The position numbers and the translations under genes are program-made. This document shows, in pieces, positions 9,323-17,766 of a stretch of 64,000 nt of DNA; the first letter of the stretch is position 1, and each line of letters starts with the position of its first letter. Source of the DNA: Gammaproteobacteria bacterium (GTDB lineage Bacteria > Pseudomonadota > Gammaproteobacteria > DSM-16500); the NCBI GenBank assembly GCA_013287885.1, contig JABDCZ010000003.1, forward strand, positions 12,801 to 76,800. Direction: 5' to 3'. The notes below the pieces were generated by a model. The model was given only the letters and a program-made list of their open reading frames with translations, made no database searches and was not told the origin of the DNA.

Positions 9323-10333
9323 ATGTCTGAGCCATATTTATCATTATCACAAAAAGAACAAGCTCAAATATTAAGATCATTATCAACTAATCCAAACATT
9401 AAAAGAGACGCTATTCTTTTGGAAAAAGATATTTGGATATGCTGGGCGTTGGAATATTTATTTAAAATGCCAAACCGATTTCCTATGGCGTTTAAAGGTG
9501 GAACATCTTTATCGAAAGCATTTCGTGTAATCGATCGATTTTCAGAAGACGTAGATATTACCATAGATTATAAAGCTTTTAATTGCGATAATCCTTTTGC
9601 TGATGGGGTTAGCAAAACTAAGATTAAAAATATTGGTATTCAACTCCGATCAATGTTAACTCAACATATTAATGAAATAATCATTCCATATTTTGAAAAA
9701 ATCATATCGGAACAATTTACAAATAACTCACCTCGTGTAGAGCTAGATAACGACGGCGAAACAATGTATTTACATTATCCGTCTGTAATAGAGCAAAAAA
9801 GTGGATATGTCATTGATAATGTCAAACTGGAATTTGGCGGTAGAAATATAACCATACCAAGTAGCAAACAAACTATAACAACGGATATTTTTGAGTATCT
9901 CATAGATCTAGAATTTCCTGTAGCTGAGGCAACAACTTTATCACCTGAAAAAACATATTGGGAAAAACTCACATTGATTCACTATGAATGCAATCGCCCC
10001 ACGCTTAAAGAGGATGCAAATCGAATTTCAAGGCATTGGTATGATGTATCAATGCTATCCAAAAATGACATTGGCAAAAAAGCGCTTACTAATCGCGACC
10101 TTCTGAATGAAGTAATTAAAGTTAAAAAGACCTTTTATGATTCAGGATTTGCAAAATATGACGATTGTCTGAATGGAAATTTACGGCTAATACCAAATGA
10201 GGATTACCTTCAGCTGCTCAAAGATGATTTTAACAAGATGCTTAGTAATAAAATGTTTTACGGTCAGCAACCAAATTTCGATAATATAATCTCTGAGATA
10301 AGAAAATTGGAAAACTTAATCAATGGAAAATGA
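9323..10333 (+). CDS. AbiEii/AbiGii-family nucleotidyltransferase toxin (type IV TA / abortive infection)
   Basis: 336 aa. FKGGTSLSKAF...RFSEDVDITI is the DUF1814/AbiEii nucleotidyltransferase signature. Confidence 0.85.
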   Translation: MSEPYLSLSQKEQAQILRSLSTNPNIKRDAILLEKDIWICWALEYLFKMPNRFPMAFKGGTSLSKAFRVIDRFSEDVDITIDYKAFNCDNPFADGVSKTKIKNIGIQLRSMLTQHINEIIIPYFEKIISEQFTNNSPRVELDNDGETMYLHYPSVIEQKSGYVIDNVKLEFGGRNITIPSSKQTITTDIFEYLIDLEFPVAEATTLSPEKTYWEKLTLIHYECNRPTLKEDANRISRHWYDVSMLSKNDIGKKALTNRDLLNEVIKVKKTFYDSGFAKYDDCLNGNLRLIPNEDYLQLLKDDFNKMLSNKMFYGQQPNFDNIISEIRKLENLINGK

Positions 10334-10436
10334 CAACAAATTATAAATAATAATATTCCCCATCAAAACAAAGGATATGAGAATGATACCCTGTTAGAAA
10401 AACTATAGTCAAACATAGGCACACGCTCGTCTGATT

Positions 10437-10730
10437 ATGTTTTCCATCGCTTTCCGATTGACCGCTAAAAAAGACATAAATGATCCGACCAAACGTCAGG
10501 TTCCTCGTGAAATGATGTATTCCTATGATTGGGATGAATTAGCCAAATTATTGCGAGAAATCCGGGATTTCCCCGAAAATTCTACCACTAATCGCCAAAG
10601 CAAAGCCGAAAACTTAACAAAACTTGCTGAAATTTACGAAGTTCTCCGCGGTGCCAAAATGGCTAAGCTCGAAGCCGTCCGACTGGCTTTAGTCAATGAA
10701 GCGGGTCAATTGAAGGGTAGTGCCAGTTAA
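10437..10730 (+). pseudogene. 5'-truncated duplicate of gene 8191..8571
   Basis: It shares KKDINDPTKRQVPREMMYSY(N/D)WDELAKLLREIRDFPENS...AEIYEVLRGAKMAKLEAVRLALVNEAGQLKG with the upstream copy. It lacks the first ~40 codons and has an unrelated 10-codon N-terminus. Confidence 0.5.
10467..10730 (+). repeat. Right copy of the ~260-bp direct repeat flanking the AbiE module
   Basis: See 8311..8571. Confidence 0.8.
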
Positions 10731-10770
10731 TATTTAACTTTCTCATTTTTAACCCTCCTTTCCTTTCATT

Positions 10771-10793
10771 TTTTACACTCTTTTAGTGTAAAA
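10771..10793. promoter_or_regulatory. Inverted repeat TTTTACACT-N5-AGTGTAAAA overlapping a TAAAAT -10-like box (candidate operator for the XRE gene)
   Basis: Perfect 9-bp arms read from the sequence, ~35 nt upstream of the 10827 start. Confidence 0.4.
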
Positions 10794-10826
10794 TATAAGG
10801 ATGAATTTAAACAATGGTGAACAAGC

Positions 10827-11126
10827 ATGAGTACTAATGCAAAGCGATATTTAGAAAAAACACGAGGAAAATTGACGCTTGGGCAAGCTATTCGTTCGAT
10901 ACGTCTTTGTGAGGAACAAAGCCAAACGGTTTTTGCAAAAAAATTACAAATATCCACCCAATATCTATGTGATTTAGAGCATGATCGTAAAAGTGTTAGC
11001 CCCAAAAAAGCTTTAAGAATTGCAGAAATATTAGGTTATGCTCCCGAACAATTTGTGGCTTTAGCGATACAAGATTCTCTTAATCGTGAGCACATTCACA
11101 TGCTTGTTGAAATTAAGGTAGCTTAA
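10827..11126 (+). CDS. XRE-family helix-turn-helix transcriptional regulator (possible antitoxin)
   Basis: 99 aa. LTLGQAIRSIRLCEEQSQTVFAKKLQISTQYLCDLEHDRKSVSPKKALRIAEILG is a Cro/CI-type HTH. Confidence 0.75.
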   Translation: MSTNAKRYLEKTRGKLTLGQAIRSIRLCEEQSQTVFAKKLQISTQYLCDLEHDRKSVSPKKALRIAEILGYAPEQFVALAIQDSLNREHIHMLVEIKVA

Positions 11127-11147
11127 ATTTTATTACCAAAATAACCC

Positions 11148-11327
11148 TCAGCCTTGTGCTTCGGCAATATGACGTAAAGCTAATAAAAAAGCTTTCAAAT
11201 CACCATCTTTTTGGTATTCAACTAGTGCAACTTGTAAATATGTTGCAGATTCTTTTTTATCTTTTAAAGAATGAATTAACCATTCTTCATAGTTACCAGT
11301 AGCTTGTCGAATTTTTTGTTTAGTCAT
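11148..11327 (-). CDS. 59-aa ORF resembling only the N-terminal half of HigA-like addiction-module antidote proteins (probable truncated remnant)
   Basis: My own translation is MTKQKIRQATGNYEEWLIHSLKDKKESATYLQVALVEYQKDGDLKAFLLALRHIAEAQG*. The pattern YL..AL.E...GD...FL.AL..IA.A.G normally precedes an HTH, which is absent here. The ORF is below the track's 60-aa cutoff. Confidence 0.35.
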   Translation of the reverse strand: MTKQKIRQATGNYEEWLIHSLKDKKESATYLQVALVEYQKDGDLKAFLLALRHIAEAQG

Positions 11328-11464
11328 ATAAGCATGATCCTGATGAATGACTTAATTACCTATATTCAAAACACAGATACTTCAAAACGATGTACGATTT
11401 AATAGCATTGTCAGCTTATGTAATGAAAAAATCAGCGTCGGCAAGAAAAGTTGGGGCTAAGCCT

Positions 11465-12328
11465 CTATTCATGCGTGAGGCTCAATACTCTTTTTAATTT
11501 TACCATCGCATTTTTTTCTAACTGGCGGATGCGTTCGGCGGAGACTTGATATTTATCAGCTAATTCCTGCAGTGTGGATTTTTCGTCATTTAACCAACGG
11601 GCGGCGAGAATTTCTTGGCTTCGCGTATCCAATTGATGTAGCGCGGCGTGAAGGGAATTTTCTGATTTTTCTGACCAATTATCCGACATAATTTCTGTTT
11701 CGGGATTATATCGATGATCTTCTAAATATCCTGCGGGGATTTTAGGGGTAAATTCTTCATCGTCATCTGGGTGACTTTCGAATGGCATATCTGAATTATT
11801 TAAACGCATTTCCATTTCGCGCACGGTTTCGGGTTTGACCCCGAGATCTTCGGCAACTTGGTTAATTTCTTCGTTAGTAAACCAGCCTAAGCGTTTTTTC
11901 ATGGTGCGTAAATTAAAGAAAAGTTTGCGCTGGGCTTTAGTGGTTGCAACTTTCACGATACGCCAATTGCGCAGAATATATTCATGCATCTCAGCTTTAA
12001 TCCAGTGGACCGCAAAGGTAACCAGTCGCACACCCACTTCTGGATTGAAACGACGAACGGCTTTCATTAAACCAATATTGCCTTCTTGAATTAAATCCGC
12101 GAGCGGAAGCCCATAACCCATATAACCCTTCGCAATGCGAACGACATAACGTGCATGCGCTAAAACGAGTTGTTTTGCCGCATTAAGATCATTATGTTGT
12201 TGTAATCGGATGGCAAGATCTTGTTCTTCATCAAGCTTAAGCAACGGGATTTGATTCACGTGGCTGATATAAGCATCCAGGCTATTGATGGGTAAACGAA
12301 TGTCTAATGTTTGTAAGTTAGTGTTCAT
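11465..12328 (-). CDS. rpoH: RNA polymerase sigma-32 (heat-shock sigma factor)
   Basis: 287 aa. Contains the RpoH box [14 protein letters not shown] and [35 protein letters not shown]. Confidence 0.95.
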   Translation of the reverse strand: MNTNLQTLDIRLPINSLDAYISHVNQIPLLKLDEEQDLAIRLQQHNDLNAAKQLVLAHARYVVRIAKGYMGYGLPLADLIQEGNIGLMKAVRRFNPEVGVRLVTFAVHWIKAEMHEYILRNWRIVKVATTKAQRKLFFNLRTMKKRLGWFTNEEINQVAEDLGVKPETVREMEMRLNNSDMPFESHPDDDEEFTPKIPAGYLEDHRYNPETEIMSDNWSEKSENSLHAALHQLDTRSQEILAARWLNDEKSTLQELADKYQVSAERIRQLEKNAMVKLKRVLSLTHE

Positions 12329-12371
12329 TATCTAGTTTTATTCCCTATTTTTTAAGGATTAAAACCTATTT

Positions 12372-12396
12372 TAGCACTCTTTTATCGAGAGTGCTA
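12372..12396 (-). terminator. Hairpin overlapping the ftsY stop codon (weak terminator or attenuator before rpoH)
   Basis: 9-bp perfect stem tagcactct / agagtgcta with a 7-nt loop. No clean T-run follows, hence the low confidence. Confidence 0.3.
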
Positions 12397-13413
12397 ATCT
12401 TCTGAATGGGTTTCAGGCATTTCGAATAAAGCAGAAATAAAAGCGTCCGCCTCGAAAGGTCGCAAGTCATCAATGCCTTCGCCAACGCCAATAAAACGAA
12501 TGGGAAGCTTCATTTGTTTTGCGATCGCGAAAATAATACCGCCTTTTGCCGTGCCGTCTAATTTGGTCACGATAAGTCCAGTGAGACCAATGGCCTCGTG
12601 AAATTGCTTGGCTTGGTTAATGGCGTTTTGACCGATGCTCGCATCTAAAACCAATAAGGTTTCATGGGGCGCCGTCGAGTCAAGTTTAGCGAGTACGCGG
12701 GTGACTTTTTTTAATTCCTGCATTAAATTCGTTTGGGTATGCAACCGTCCCGCGGTGTCAGCAATCAGTACTTCGATTTTACGCGCTTTGGCGGATTCCA
12801 TGGCATCATAAATGACAGCGGCCGTATCGGCGCCTGGTTGTTGGGCAACGACGGGAATATCATTGCGCTCCCCCCAAATTTGGAGTTGTTCAATGGCAGC
12901 TGCACGGAAGGTATCGCCAGCAGCAAGCATCACAGTTTTTTTATCTTCTGTTAAATAATGTGCAATTTTGCCAATCGTTGTGGTTTTCCCTGATCCATTA
13001 ATACCCACCACCAAAATCACAAAAGGGTTGTCATTTTTTGGTATAATTAAAGGTACTTGGCAAGGTTGTAAAATAGCTAGCATATCCTCTCGCAAGGTCG
13101 CGAGCGCCGCTTTCGGGTTGTCTAATTCTTTTCGATTTAATTTTTGGGTTAAATGATCAATTAACTGTTTGGTGGCATCTACACCGACATCGGCGGTTAA
13201 TAATTGTGTTTCAATAAGTTCAATCACATCTTTATCTAGGACTTTTTTGCCGAGAATTAAATTAGCAATCCCTGTCGTTAAATGGTTACGCGTTTTTGTC
13301 AAACCCGCTTTTAATCTCGCAAAAAAACCCGGCGCTTTTTCAGTTTTTTCGATTTTCTCGTCAGTTTTTTCCGAAGTGGGAGTGTCTTTTTTTCGTTTTA
13401 AAAAATTTAACAT
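12394..13413 (-). CDS. ftsY: Signal recognition particle receptor FtsY
   Basis: 339 aa. SRP GTPase motifs are present: VGINGSGKTTTIGK, DTAGR, TKLDGTAKGG. Confidence 0.95.
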   Translation of the reverse strand: MLNFLKRKKDTPTSEKTDEKIEKTEKAPGFFARLKAGLTKTRNHLTTGIANLILGKKVLDKDVIELIETQLLTADVGVDATKQLIDHLTQKLNRKELDNPKAALATLREDMLAILQPCQVPLIIPKNDNPFVILVVGINGSGKTTTIGKIAHYLTEDKKTVMLAAGDTFRAAAIEQLQIWGERNDIPVVAQQPGADTAAVIYDAMESAKARKIEVLIADTAGRLHTQTNLMQELKKVTRVLAKLDSTAPHETLLVLDASIGQNAINQAKQFHEAIGLTGLIVTKLDGTAKGGIIFAIAKQMKLPIRFIGVGEGIDDLRPFEADAFISALFEMPETHSED

Positions 13414-13485
13414 CGCTTTTCCTTTCTAAATTAGGCTTGTATATTAGCAAAGGCCAAGCGTTCCGTAAAATGAGGTAAAAAGATC

Positions 13486-14040
13486 ATGAGGGGTGAAGTT
13501 CGAATTATTGGGGGTGAATTCCGTGGGCGGAAGCTAAAAATTCCAGAAATATTGCATCTTCGACCCACGCCTGATCGCGTACGGGAAACCTTATTTAATT
13601 GGATCGCACCCGTTTTGCCGGGAGCGCATTGTTTAGATGCGTTTACGGGGAGTGGTGTTTTAGGATTCGAAGCCATTTCTCGAGGGGCGGCACATGTTGT
13701 GATGGTGGATGAATCACTTACGGTTGTGAAGTTAATTCAAGAAGAACTTGAACTTTTTAATATAAAAAACGCAGAAATATATCAAGCGTCTTTACCAAGG
13801 CAATTAAAAAAACCCGAAAAATTATTCGATATCGTTTTTTTAGATCCCCCCTTTCAAACCGATTTGTTAAAAAGTATGAGTATTTACCTTGAGGAAAATG
13901 GGTTTTTGAGCCCTCATGCGCTGATTTATTTGGAAGCGAAAACGATGTTGACAGAAAAAGATATTCCAGCTAACTGGGAAATCATTCGCAGCAAAAAAGC
14001 AGGGCAGGTGGCGTATCATTTGGCGAGAAGATTGGTATAA
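13486..14040 (+). CDS. rsmD: 16S rRNA (guanine966-N2)-methyltransferase
   Basis: 184 aa. IIGGEFRGRKL...RPTPDRVRETLFNW...LDAFTGSG...VFLDPPF is the RsmD signature. Confidence 0.9.
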   Translation: MRGEVRIIGGEFRGRKLKIPEILHLRPTPDRVRETLFNWIAPVLPGAHCLDAFTGSGVLGFEAISRGAAHVVMVDESLTVVKLIQEELELFNIKNAEIYQASLPRQLKKPEKLFDIVFLDPPFQTDLLKSMSIYLEENGFLSPHALIYLEAKTMLTEKDIPANWEIIRSKKAGQVAYHLARRLV

Positions 14041-14078
14041 TCGGAACACTTGATTTTTCTCTAAAATATTGAGACGAC

Positions 14079-15146
14079 ATGGTGAAAACAAAACCACGAT
14101 TATTAACCGGCGATACACCCACCGGGCGATTGCACTTAGGGCATTATGTTGGATCGCTCGAAAATCGAATTGCGTTACAAAACGATTATGATTGTTATTT
14201 CATTATCGCGAATATCCATGCTTTTACCACGCGTTCGGATAAACCCGCGGAAATTCATCAAAGCGTGATTGATATTGCGATGGATTATTTAGCCGCTGGT
14301 ATTGACCCCGCGAAATCCACCATTTTTATTCAATCAGACATTCCTGCGATTGCAGAGCTCACTTATTTTTTTAGCATGTTGTTGCCTTTGGCGCGAGTGA
14401 TGCGAAATCCCACGATTAAAGATGAAATTCGCGATAAAAAATTAGGGGATAATTATCCTTTTGGATTTTTACTTTATGCAGTCGGTCAAGTGGCAGACAT
14501 TTTAGCGTTTCGCCCGGACATTGTGCCGGTGGGCGAGGATCAAATTCCGCATATCGAAATGACGCGTGAAGTCGCCCGAAAATTTAATCAGTTATATTGC
14601 GGTGTCGATCCGCATACGGAAGATAAGGATTATTTAAACGCAGGTGGGTTGTTTCCGATTGTTGAAACCAAATTGGGTCGCCAAAAACGGTTGGTTGGCA
14701 CCACGCCTCCTGATGAGAATGGTAACCTATTAAAAATGTCAAAATCACTGCATAACGCTATCTTTTTAAGTGATGATGCCGATACGATTGTCAAAAAAGT
14801 GATGGGAATGTACACCGATCCCAAACGATTAAAAGCAAGCGATCCAGGGTCCACTGAAAATAATCCGTTATGGATTTTTCATGATACTTTTAATCCTGAT
14901 ACCGCATGGGTTAATGATGCTAAAGCGCGTTACCGAGAAGGAAAGATTGGCGATGTGGAGTGTAAAAAACGTTTAATCGAGGTGCTCGAAAATCTGATTA
15001 AACCAATACGTGAACGTCGCGCGCATTTTATGGATGATGAATCAGAAGTCATTAAAATATTGAAAAATGGGGCAGAAAAAGCGAATATGGTGGCGATGGA
15101 GACGCTAAAATTGGCCAAAATCGCCATGAAACAAAATTATTTTTAG
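14079..15146 (+). CDS. trpS: Tryptophan--tRNA ligase
   Basis: 355 aa. Class I motifs TGRLHLGHY and KMSKS, with TrpRS-typical spacing and GEDQ. Confidence 0.93.
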   Translation: MVKTKPRLLTGDTPTGRLHLGHYVGSLENRIALQNDYDCYFIIANIHAFTTRSDKPAEIHQSVIDIAMDYLAAGIDPAKSTIFIQSDIPAIAELTYFFSMLLPLARVMRNPTIKDEIRDKKLGDNYPFGFLLYAVGQVADILAFRPDIVPVGEDQIPHIEMTREVARKFNQLYCGVDPHTEDKDYLNAGGLFPIVETKLGRQKRLVGTTPPDENGNLLKMSKSLHNAIFLSDDADTIVKKVMGMYTDPKRLKASDPGSTENNPLWIFHDTFNPDTAWVNDAKARYREGKIGDVECKKRLIEVLENLIKPIRERRAHFMDDESEVIKILKNGAEKANMVAMETLKLAKIAMKQNYF

Positions 15147-15199
15147 TACTATACTTATAACAAATAGATAAAGGCTGAAACCAAAACGAGGTGTATATC

Positions 15200-15502
15200 A
15201 TGATTAAATTCAATGATTTAAAAAAAATGGGAGAAGATTTTCTTGATTCTGCAAAATCTGTAAAATTTCAGGAAGTGATGGATAAGTTCAAAAAAAAGGA
15301 AGTAGTGCTGACTGATGAAGTTGCAGAAAAAGTGAATCAAGATTTGCAAAAAACTTTAGAAACCCTTGCAAATTTACAAAAATCGCAAGCCGAAACGTTG
15401 CATCAATTACAGCATCAAGTGGATGATCTTTTACAATTTCTCGATCATTTCCAAAATAAAACGAACCTTAAAGGAACAGAAGAACATGAACCCAAAGAAT
15501 GA
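15200..15502 (+). CDS. Hypothetical coiled-coil protein
   Basis: ATG at 15200 after GAGGTG; 100 aa; no domain recognised. Confidence 0.45.
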   Translation: MIKFNDLKKMGEDFLDSAKSVKFQEVMDKFKKKEVVLTDEVAEKVNQDLQKTLETLANLQKSQAETLHQLQHQVDDLLQFLDHFQNKTNLKGTEEHEPKE

Positions 15503-15608
15503 AGATTTAATGGAATACCGAACTTTAAAATTACCTTTGTTAAAGTTGATGTCGTTGCTTGCTGTTTTAGGTGTTGCGGCAACGCTTTTGTTGCATTACT
15601 TTTTTTAA
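15486..15608 (+). CDS. Possible 40-aa single-TM peptide overlapping the preceding ORF
   Basis: MNPKNEDLMEYRTLKLPLLKLMSLLAVLGVAATLLLHYFF. Overlaps the 15200..15502 ORF by 17 nt and is followed by a REP hairpin. Confidence 0.3.
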   Translation: MNPKNEDLMEYRTLKLPLLKLMSLLAVLGVAATLLLHYFF

Positions 15609-15625
15609 TGGTGATGTTTTTAATG

Positions 15626-15666
15626 ACGCTGTCATGGAAGCGGAAAGCATGCTGGCATGACAGCGT
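15626..15666. repeat. Palindromic element of the TGTCATGCCAGC...GCTGGCATGACA family (degenerate copy)
   Basis: 11-bp perfect arms acgctgtcatg / catgacagcgt. The inner sequence is related to the copies at 22155, 31277, 47934 and 49661. Confidence 0.6.
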
Positions 15667-15967
15667 TAAGTAGGGGAATGGTTATTTCTTGTATAATAAA
15701 AAATAATGATAAAAAACAGAATAAAACCGAGAATTAACTCGTAGAATTTTGCATCGCATTGGAAATTAAATATTCCACTAAATCAATTTGTTCTTGTGCC
15801 GGCTTATCATTGCCGAGATATTCAATAAGCTCAATGGCGAGGAAATTATTTTGGTCAAGTCGTTCCATAAGATCCTATTCTCATTTTTTGTGCCGGGTTC
15901 CATATGAAAACACGATGGTAAAAGTTTTAATAGATGAAAATATATAAGCGAATTTTATCCCATAAAT

Positions 15968-15995
15968 TTTACATATAAAAAAACTATGATAAAAT
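15968..15995 (+). promoter_or_regulatory. Candidate sigma-70 promoter for the 16022-21490 operon
   Basis: TTTACA (15968-15973), 16-nt spacer, then an extended -10 TGaTAAAAT (15987-15995). GAGGAG follows at 16007-16012 and the ATG at 16022. Confidence 0.35.
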
Positions 15996-16021
15996 CGGCA
16001 AAAAATGAGGAGAAGTAAAAA

Positions 16022-17341
16022 ATGAGCTCGGCATCCTATGAAGAAACACGTTGGGATGAAGTGAGGGAAAAGGTACAAAAAGTCAATCCCGGTTTTGCAG
16101 ACGTGGTAGATAAAATCAAATCGAAAAACGATTATCCACTTTTTAAAGTTCGTTATCCTTTTGGTAGTAGTATCATTGACACGGGAAAGTTCCAATTTCC
16201 CCTTTCAGACGGCTCTCTTGCGCCAATGGATCATCCTGGAATCCCAGATCGTGTTCGACAAGAACTCGGCTATCACAACGGTCATATTCCTCTAGGAATG
16301 GTGTTAGATCGATCTGTTGAATTATTTATGCGAACAGAAAATCGTGTCATTCCATTTAATTTGATTAAAGCCGGACGATTAGTCGGTTTAACCTTTGTAT
16401 TAAGCCCCGTGCATGTATGGCCGCAAGCATGGCATATGACATCCGGTGCACGTTCGATTTTTGTTTTACCCAAAATAACCGATATTCATAATCATCGAAA
16501 ATTGTGTCGTGAACGTAAGATTAAAATGCCGCTTGCCCGTGATCTTCGCACACATTGGTCATTATTAACTAAAATGGCAGCGGATGAGAATTTTTCCCAA
16601 AAGTGGCATACCGAAATCCTTTTTTTCTCAAAAAATTGGATAGACAACAAAAAAAATGATAATTGGTTGCGTTTCAATTATTTTTTGTATAAAGATGGAT
16701 GGGCTGCGATTGAGTACATGCTGACAAAAACCATGCATGATCATATTTGGGATATTTTGATTCGTGAATTAACACAATACGAAGTAAAAGCAAGCCCTTT
16801 TATCATCGATGTGACGAAATATATCATCATGGTAGGTCTTGGCGCGGTCCCCGGATTTTCACCGGCAATTAATGATGATGAAGCGCCTATTTGTGGATTA
16901 CAGGAAGACTTTATTCAGCATTATGGCTTAAAAAATTATGCGCCAACGATTATGATTCCGCATCATTTTTCCGTCGAAAATAAGCGTCCGGTGTACTGGT
17001 CTCTTGCAATGCCAACCCATTTTGAATCAACCGTTAAGCCGAAAACCTTGACAAGTACGATGGTGACATTGCGGGAAATTCGTGAAATGATGTTTCATTT
17101 CAAACAGACCATGTTAAAATATTCGAAAACAAGAGATACCAATACTTCTACAGAGGAATTTTTGAATAAAGTACGTTTCGATTTTTTTCACAGCGAACCT
17201 GATGCAGAAGGTCAAATACGTTTAAGTTTAGAAATGCCAAAAGAAGACAACTCACTTACATTTTGTTCACAAAATATGGTTCGTCGATTTTCTGATGTCA
17301 GCCCTTTTGTGCGCGGATGTGTGCGTTTTAATACTATCTAA
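16022..17341 (+). CDS. Uncharacterised 439-aa protein, first gene of the YcaO/TfuA operon
   Basis: Long ORF with a good RBS and no motif I can assign. It ends 20 nt before the 42-aa ORF. Confidence 0.7.
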   Translation: MSSASYEETRWDEVREKVQKVNPGFADVVDKIKSKNDYPLFKVRYPFGSSIIDTGKFQFPLSDGSLAPMDHPGIPDRVRQELGYHNGHIPLGMVLDRSVELFMRTENRVIPFNLIKAGRLVGLTFVLSPVHVWPQAWHMTSGARSIFVLPKITDIHNHRKLCRERKIKMPLARDLRTHWSLLTKMAADENFSQKWHTEILFFSKNWIDNKKNDNWLRFNYFLYKDGWAAIEYMLTKTMHDHIWDILIRELTQYEVKASPFIIDVTKYIIMVGLGAVPGFSPAINDDEAPICGLQEDFIQHYGLKNYAPTIMIPHHFSVENKRPVYWSLAMPTHFESTVKPKTLTSTMVTLREIREMMFHFKQTMLKYSKTRDTNTSTEEFLNKVRFDFFHSEPDAEGQIRLSLEMPKEDNSLTFCSQNMVRRFSDVSPFVRGCVRFNTI

Positions 17342-17361
17342 TTCAACCTTAGGAGAAAATC

Positions 17362-17490
17362 ATGACCGAAAATGTAATTAAAATTGAGGCGATAACAGAA
17401 ATAAGTGTGCAAGAATCGATTGAAAATTCAACCGCAGTTGCTGCCAATATTATTTCAAGTATTGAAAATAATTCTCTCGATTTAACTTAA
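17362..17490 (+). CDS. 42-aa ORF, candidate precursor/substrate peptide of the YcaO-TfuA system
   Basis: AGGAG at 17351-17355, 6-nt spacer, ATG at 17362. My own translation is MTENVIKIEAITEISVQESIENSTAVAANIISSIENNSLDLT*. It is absent from the ORF track (<60 aa) and sits between operon genes with no spare intergenic space. Confidence 0.5.
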   Translation: MTENVIKIEAITEISVQESIENSTAVAANIISSIENNSLDLT

Positions 17491-17505
17491 TTGATTGGTA
17501 TTTTT

Positions 17506-17763
17506 ATGGCTTTTGTGCGAATACCAAGTGTTTTAATGAAATGGATAAATCCTGCGGAAAAATTGAATATCGCGGGTGATACCGTGAGTGTTGTGTTGCA
17601 AAATCTTTTTTTGGATTATCCTTCGCTTAAGCCATTCATATTTCCATCTGATGCGTTATCTCCGTTTATTAATATTTATGTCAATCGCTCACCCGCGCTT
17701 CTTTCAAACGCAGTTAAAGAAAATGATGAAATTGATATTGTAGCTGCGCTTTCCGGAGGATAA
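17506..17763 (+). CDS. ThiS/MoaD-family ubiquitin-like sulfur-carrier protein (C-terminal Gly-Gly)
   Basis: 85 aa from the ATG at 17506, ending ...NDEIDIVAALSGG*. Size, beta-grasp-like pattern and terminal GG fit ThiS/MoaD. It directly precedes an E1-like gene. Confidence 0.75.
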   Translation: MAFVRIPSVLMKWINPAEKLNIAGDTVSVVLQNLFLDYPSLKPFIFPSDALSPFINIYVNRSPALLSNAVKENDEIDIVAALSGG

Positions 17764-17766
17764 TTT

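Noticed and set aside
12733-13676. Antisense or shadow ORFs inside ftsY and rsmD (12733..12954, 12968..13156, 13169..13429, 13296..13478, 13431..13676)
   Set aside because: They lie entirely within or opposite well-supported conserved genes and have no RBS or domain features.
15734-15868. 44-aa minus-strand ORF (MERLDQNNFLAIELIEYLGNDKPAQEQIDLVEYLISNAMQNSTS) upstream of the YcaO operon, considered as an alternative precursor peptide
   Set aside because: It is on the opposite strand to the operon, has only a weak AGGA 4 nt from the ATG, and is not positionally coupled. I note it here so it can be checked for conservation, but it is not reported as a gene.
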